Position numbers and translations under genes: made by a program. The notes under the pieces were generated by a model that saw only the letters and a program-made list of their open reading frames with translations, made no database searches and was not told the origin of the DNA. Source: an uncultured Microbacterium sp. (GTDB taxonomy: Bacteria > Actinomycetota > Actinomycetes > Actinomycetales > Microbacteriaceae). From it: 64,000 bases of DNA. The DNA lies in assembly GCF_963524805.1 (NCBI RefSeq), contig NZ_CAURGG010000009.1, positions 84,154-148,153 of the forward strand, given 5' to 3'. Below are positions 60,943-64,000 of this stretch, in pieces. Numbering within the stretch: position 1 is the first letter of the stretch; every line of letters starts with the position of its first letter.

Positions 60943-62232
60943 ATGACCTCCGTGCAGAGCCATCCGGTCGACGACGTCGTCGAGCGGGACCTCATCCTCA
61001 TTCGCGGACTCGCGGACGTGTTGACCGCGCCGCCGGCTCTCATGCCTCGTCGGCTCTCGATGCTGCTGCATCCGATGGTCACCCACTCCGCCCTCGTGTT
61101 CCTCGTCGCCGATGCCACCGGAGGTCAGCGCTACGGCACCGGAGCTGCCGCGTTCGTCGACGGAGTCTCGTTCCTCGCGCTGGACGAAGTGCGCCGCCTC
61201 CTGCACCCGGGTCATACGCGTCGCGCGGTGATCGCCACCGCGACGGGCCAGATCGAGGCCCTGCACGCGGTGTCGGGCAACGGCGCGCTTCTCGTGCTGG
61301 CCGAGCCCGGCGATTCGCGGGCGGATGCCGCCGTCCTCGCGCTCTGGAACATCGTCGCCCTGCGCGCGCAGGAGCTGGCCGACGCCGCGCCGCCCGACTA
61401 CCTGCAGCTGGCGCGGGCGACGTCGAGCGTGCGCATGGAGGCGCTGACGGAGCTGGCCGATCAGTACTCCACGACGCTGGAGTCGGTGCTCGCGGCGCTG
61501 CGCTCGACCACGCTCGATGATCGGTCGGCCCGCCGCACCGCGACGCAGATCGCGGCCGAGGGCATGGTGCACCTGCGAACGGCGAGCGACAGAGTGCGCA
61601 CGTTCACCGAAGAGCCGGTGACCTCAGCGTTCGAGCGCCTGCGCGATGACCTGCGCCCGCTCGTGCGCTACCGCGACATCGATGTCCAGTTCGTCGAGCC
61701 GCCGGTCGACGGCCGCGCCCTGCCGAGCGAGATCGCCCACGGGGCGCGCGCCGTGGTACGGGGGTCGATCCTCGCCCTCGTCGACCGGCACGATGTCAGC
61801 CGCGTGCGCGTGCAGTGGGACTGCGACGGCACGAACCTGCTGATCAACGTGCGCGATGACGGCCCCGGAGACCTGTCCGAAGAGAGCGTGCAGCTCCGGC
61901 TGGTCCGCCAGCGGGTCCTCGCCCTCAACGGCCGGCTCGCGTTCGAGGCCACGCCGGGATGGGGGACCGAGATGTCGGTGGTGATGCCCCTGGATCCGCC
62001 GCCCGCGCTGTCCGCCGCTCCTCCGGCCTGGGATCTCGGGCCGCGCGAGGGCGAGGTGCTGGAGCTCCTGATCGCCGGGCAGCGCAACCGCGAGATCGCC
62101 GCGCACCTGGGCATCAGCGAGAACACTGTCAAGTTTCACGTCGCGAAGATCTTCCGCAAGCTCGGAGTCGCCTCCCGCGCCGAGGCGACGGCCTTCGTCC
62201 TGGCGCACCGCCCGGGCACCGGCGGCCGGTGA
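60943..62232 (+). CDS. LuxR-HTH regulator with an upstream HATPase-like region
   Basis: VRDDGPG...L..L.G......PGWGT; C-terminal REGEVLELL..G.RNREIA..LGISENTVKFHV. Confidence 0.8.
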   Translation: MTSVQSHPVDDVVERDLILIRGLADVLTAPPALMPRRLSMLLHPMVTHSALVFLVADATGGQRYGTGAAAFVDGVSFLALDEVRRLLHPGHTRRAVIATATGQIEALHAVSGNGALLVLAEPGDSRADAAVLALWNIVALRAQELADAAPPDYLQLARATSSVRMEALTELADQYSTTLESVLAALRSTTLDDRSARRTATQIAAEGMVHLRTASDRVRTFTEEPVTSAFERLRDDLRPLVRYRDIDVQFVEPPVDGRALPSEIAHGARAVVRGSILALVDRHDVSRVRVQWDCDGTNLLINVRDDGPGDLSEESVQLRLVRQRVLALNGRLAFEATPGWGTEMSVVMPLDPPPALSAAPPAWDLGPREGEVLELLIAGQRNREIAAHLGISENTVKFHVAKIFRKLGVASRAEATAFVLAHRPGTGGR

Positions 62233-62243
62233 GCGAGCGGCCC

Positions 62244-62330
62244 TGCGCGAGATCACCCGCTGTCCGCGAGATGACACGCCCCGTGCGGCGGGGGAGGGTG
62301 ACCTCGCGAACACGGGGTGATCTCGCGCAA
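62244..62330. repeat. Palindromic repeat family 2, copy C (no adjacent nuclease gene)
   Basis: TGCGCGAGATCACCCGCTGTCCGCGAGATGAC...GTGACCTCGCGAACACGGGGTGATCTCGCGCAA. Confidence 0.9.
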
Positions 62331-62376
62331 GGGCGCGGGGAGGCGGCGGCGATTTTGCGCGGCGGCGGGCATCGCG

Positions 62377-62611
62377 TAACCTGGAACCCAGCCGAAGACC
62401 GCTGGTCATCGACGTGCGTGCAAGCGTACGGAGATCGAAGCTCTGCAGTGCAGGGGCCCGCGCAGGTGTACGACACGAATCTCCTCCGAGAATCCAGCTC
62501 CGTGCGCTTGCGCCGGAGCTCTTTTCATCTGTCGAGTTGAGAATCGATGAGCGGATGCCGTCGGCCGGCGCCCCGCCATCGTGGAGCGTCTCGTACACAC
62601 AAGGAGTGGCC
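62377..62611 (+). promoter_or_regulatory. rplJ promoter and L10 leader
   Basis: TAACCT -10-like box, CCGAAGACCGCTGGT...CCCGCGCAGG and a terminator-like AGCTCCG...CGGAGCTCTTTT hairpin before rplJ. Confidence 0.6.
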
Positions 62612-63127
62612 ATGGCGCAGAAGGATGCATCGGTCGCCGAGCTCACGAAGCATTTCGAGGACTCGACCGCCGTTCTGCTGACCGAGTACCGCGGTCTGAC
62701 GGTTGCCCAGCTCAAGGAGCTGCGCAACAGCATTCGTCAGGACGCGGAATACGCCGTGGTGAAGAACACGCTGACCAAGATCGCTGCCAACAAGGCCGGG
62801 ATCTCCACGCTGGACGAGGACCTCAAGGGTCCCTCGGCCATCGCTTTCGTGCACGGTGACCCGGTCTCCGTCGCGAAGGGTCTGCGCGCCTTCGCCAAGG
62901 CACACCCTCTTCTGGTGATCAAGGGCGGGTACTTCGACGGTGCCGCCCTGACCGCCGATGAGGTCAACAAGCTCGCTGACCTTGAGAGCCGTGAAGTCCT
63001 GCTGGCGAAGCTCGCCGGTGCGATGAAGGCCTCGCTGTTCGGCGCCGCATATCTGTTCAACGCACCGCTGTCGAAGGCCGTTCGCACGGTCGACGCGCTG
63101 CGTGAGAAGCAGGAGTCCGCCGCCTGA
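62612..63127 (+). CDS. rplJ: 50S ribosomal protein L10
   Basis: EYRGLTV.QL.ELR, VVKNTL, GPSAIAF. Confidence 0.98.
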   Translation: MAQKDASVAELTKHFEDSTAVLLTEYRGLTVAQLKELRNSIRQDAEYAVVKNTLTKIAANKAGISTLDEDLKGPSAIAFVHGDPVSVAKGLRAFAKAHPLLVIKGGYFDGAALTADEVNKLADLESREVLLAKLAGAMKASLFGAAYLFNAPLSKAVRTVDALREKQESAA

Positions 63128-63167
63128 TCAGGGCGCGGCTGACAGAAACCCAAGCAAGGAGAAAATC

Positions 63168-63554
63168 ATGGCAAAGCTCAGCACCGACGAGCTGCTCGAC
63201 GCGTTCAAGGAGCTCACGCTCATCGAACTGTCGGAGTTCGTCAAGAAGTTCGAGGAGACCTTCGAGGTCACCGCCGCGGCGCCCGTCGCCGTTGCAGGCC
63301 CGGCTGCTGCCGGTGCCGCCCCCGCCGAAGAGGTCGAGGAGCAGACGGCGTTCGACGTCGTGCTCGAGGCCGCCGGCGAGAAGAAGATCCAGGTCATCAA
63401 GGTCGTCCGCGAGCTCACCGCTCTCGGCCTCGGCGAGGCCAAGGCCGTCGTCGACGGTGCACCGAAGGCTGTCCTGGAGGGCGTCTCCAAGGAGGCGGCC
63501 GAAAAGGGCAAGGCTGCTCTTGAAGAGGCCGGCGCGACCGTCACCCTCAAGTAG
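63168..63554 (+). CDS. rplL: 50S ribosomal protein L7/L12
   Basis: [38 protein letters not shown]. Confidence 0.98.
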   Translation: MAKLSTDELLDAFKELTLIELSEFVKKFEETFEVTAAAPVAVAGPAAAGAAPAEEVEEQTAFDVVLEAAGEKKIQVIKVVRELTALGLGEAKAVVDGAPKAVLEGVSKEAAEKGKAALEEAGATVTLK

Positions 63555-63568
63555 TCACTTCTTCACGA

Positions 63569-63601
63569 AGAAGGCCCCGGATGCTGCATCCGGGGCCTTC
63601 T
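63569..63601. terminator. Bidirectional terminator hairpin
   Basis: AGAAGGCCCCGGATGC / GCATCCGGGGCCTTCT between convergent genes. Confidence 0.8.
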
Positions 63602-63602
63602 T

Positions 63603-64000
63603 TCACGTTCCGGGTCGTTCGACCACCAGCCTGTCGCCGTCCCAGGCGACCGGCATCCCGTCGGTGATGCCCCCGACGAACTCGCCGTCCGGGCCGAAGT
63701 TGCGGAACGCGAACAGCAGCCACCTGCGGTCGTCGCGGGGGCGCAGCAGGCGACCGACGTACAGGTCCTGGTCGGCCAGCGGGTAGGCGCGATCGATGTG
63801 GAAGGGGCCGGTGAGCGAGTCTGCCGGCGCCGCCCAGATCGCGCCGCCCGGGAACGCCGCACGGCGTCCCTCTGAGGCCTGAGGGGGCAGGCAGGAGAAG
63901 ATCAGCACGGGCCGGCCTTCGATCTCCTCCACCTGCATGACCTCGAGCTGGCCGAAGCCGTCGTCCGCGGGTGAGCTGAGCGGTGGTCCGACCTGCCAGC
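63603..64000 (-). CDS. Beta-propeller glycoside hydrolase (GH32/GH68-like), C-terminal part only
   Basis: WQVGPPL...GFGQLEV.QV..I.GRPVLIFSC, LTGPF, LYVGRL, FVGGITD; the start lies outside the window. Confidence 0.65.
   Translation of the reverse strand, partial: WQVGPPLSSPADDGFGQLEVMQVEEIEGRPVLIFSCLPPQASEGRRAAFPGGAIWAAPADSLTGPFHIDRAYPLADQDLYVGRLLRPRDDRRWLLFAFRNFGPDGEFVGGITDGMPVAWDGDRLVVERPGT

Noticed and set aside
57888..62330. Repeats as a CRISPR array
   Set aside because: The copies are kilobases apart and in mixed orientation, with no repeat-spacer periodicity and no cas genes.
48734..62611. 14-kb separation of rplA and rplJ as one genomic island
   Set aside because: Separation of these genes is common in Actinobacteria, and most intervening genes look native in codon style.

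Overview
High-GC actinobacterial chromosome segment. Gene content and order suggest Microbacteriaceae (Microbacterium-like); this is an inference. It is mostly housekeeping and metabolic DNA: small regulator/SRPBCC modules, ggt, an esterase, a GT2, cls, a coproporphyrin-dependent heme cluster (hemA | hemE-hemY-hemQ-hemH-hemC-hemB-hemL, no hemD), MaoC pair-murB, an OmpR-type two-component system with a PepSY gene, an aminotransferase, the glyoxylate shunt (aceA, aceB, RamB-like regulator), a putrescine/GABA catabolic cluster, tRNA-Trp-secE-nusG, rplK-rplA, an amino-acid ABC transporter, lysE/lysG, MFS/MarR, a YqaJ-like nuclease, fdhA, rplJ-rplL and a partial glycoside hydrolase. The most unusual structure is two AbiEi-like/DUF559-type nuclease genes, each bracketed by an inverted pair of its own fixed-length palindromic (REP-like) repeat. 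One sits between nusG and rplK. The other repeat family has a third copy 3 kb away, enclosing a formaldehyde dehydrogenase module. Other notable points: the octamer CGGCATCC/GGATGCCG is strongly over-represented, an 8-codon ORF sits where hemD would be expected, and several operator arrays are readable. No CRISPR, rRNA, integrase or transposase was seen. All functional calls come from motif recognition, not database searches.
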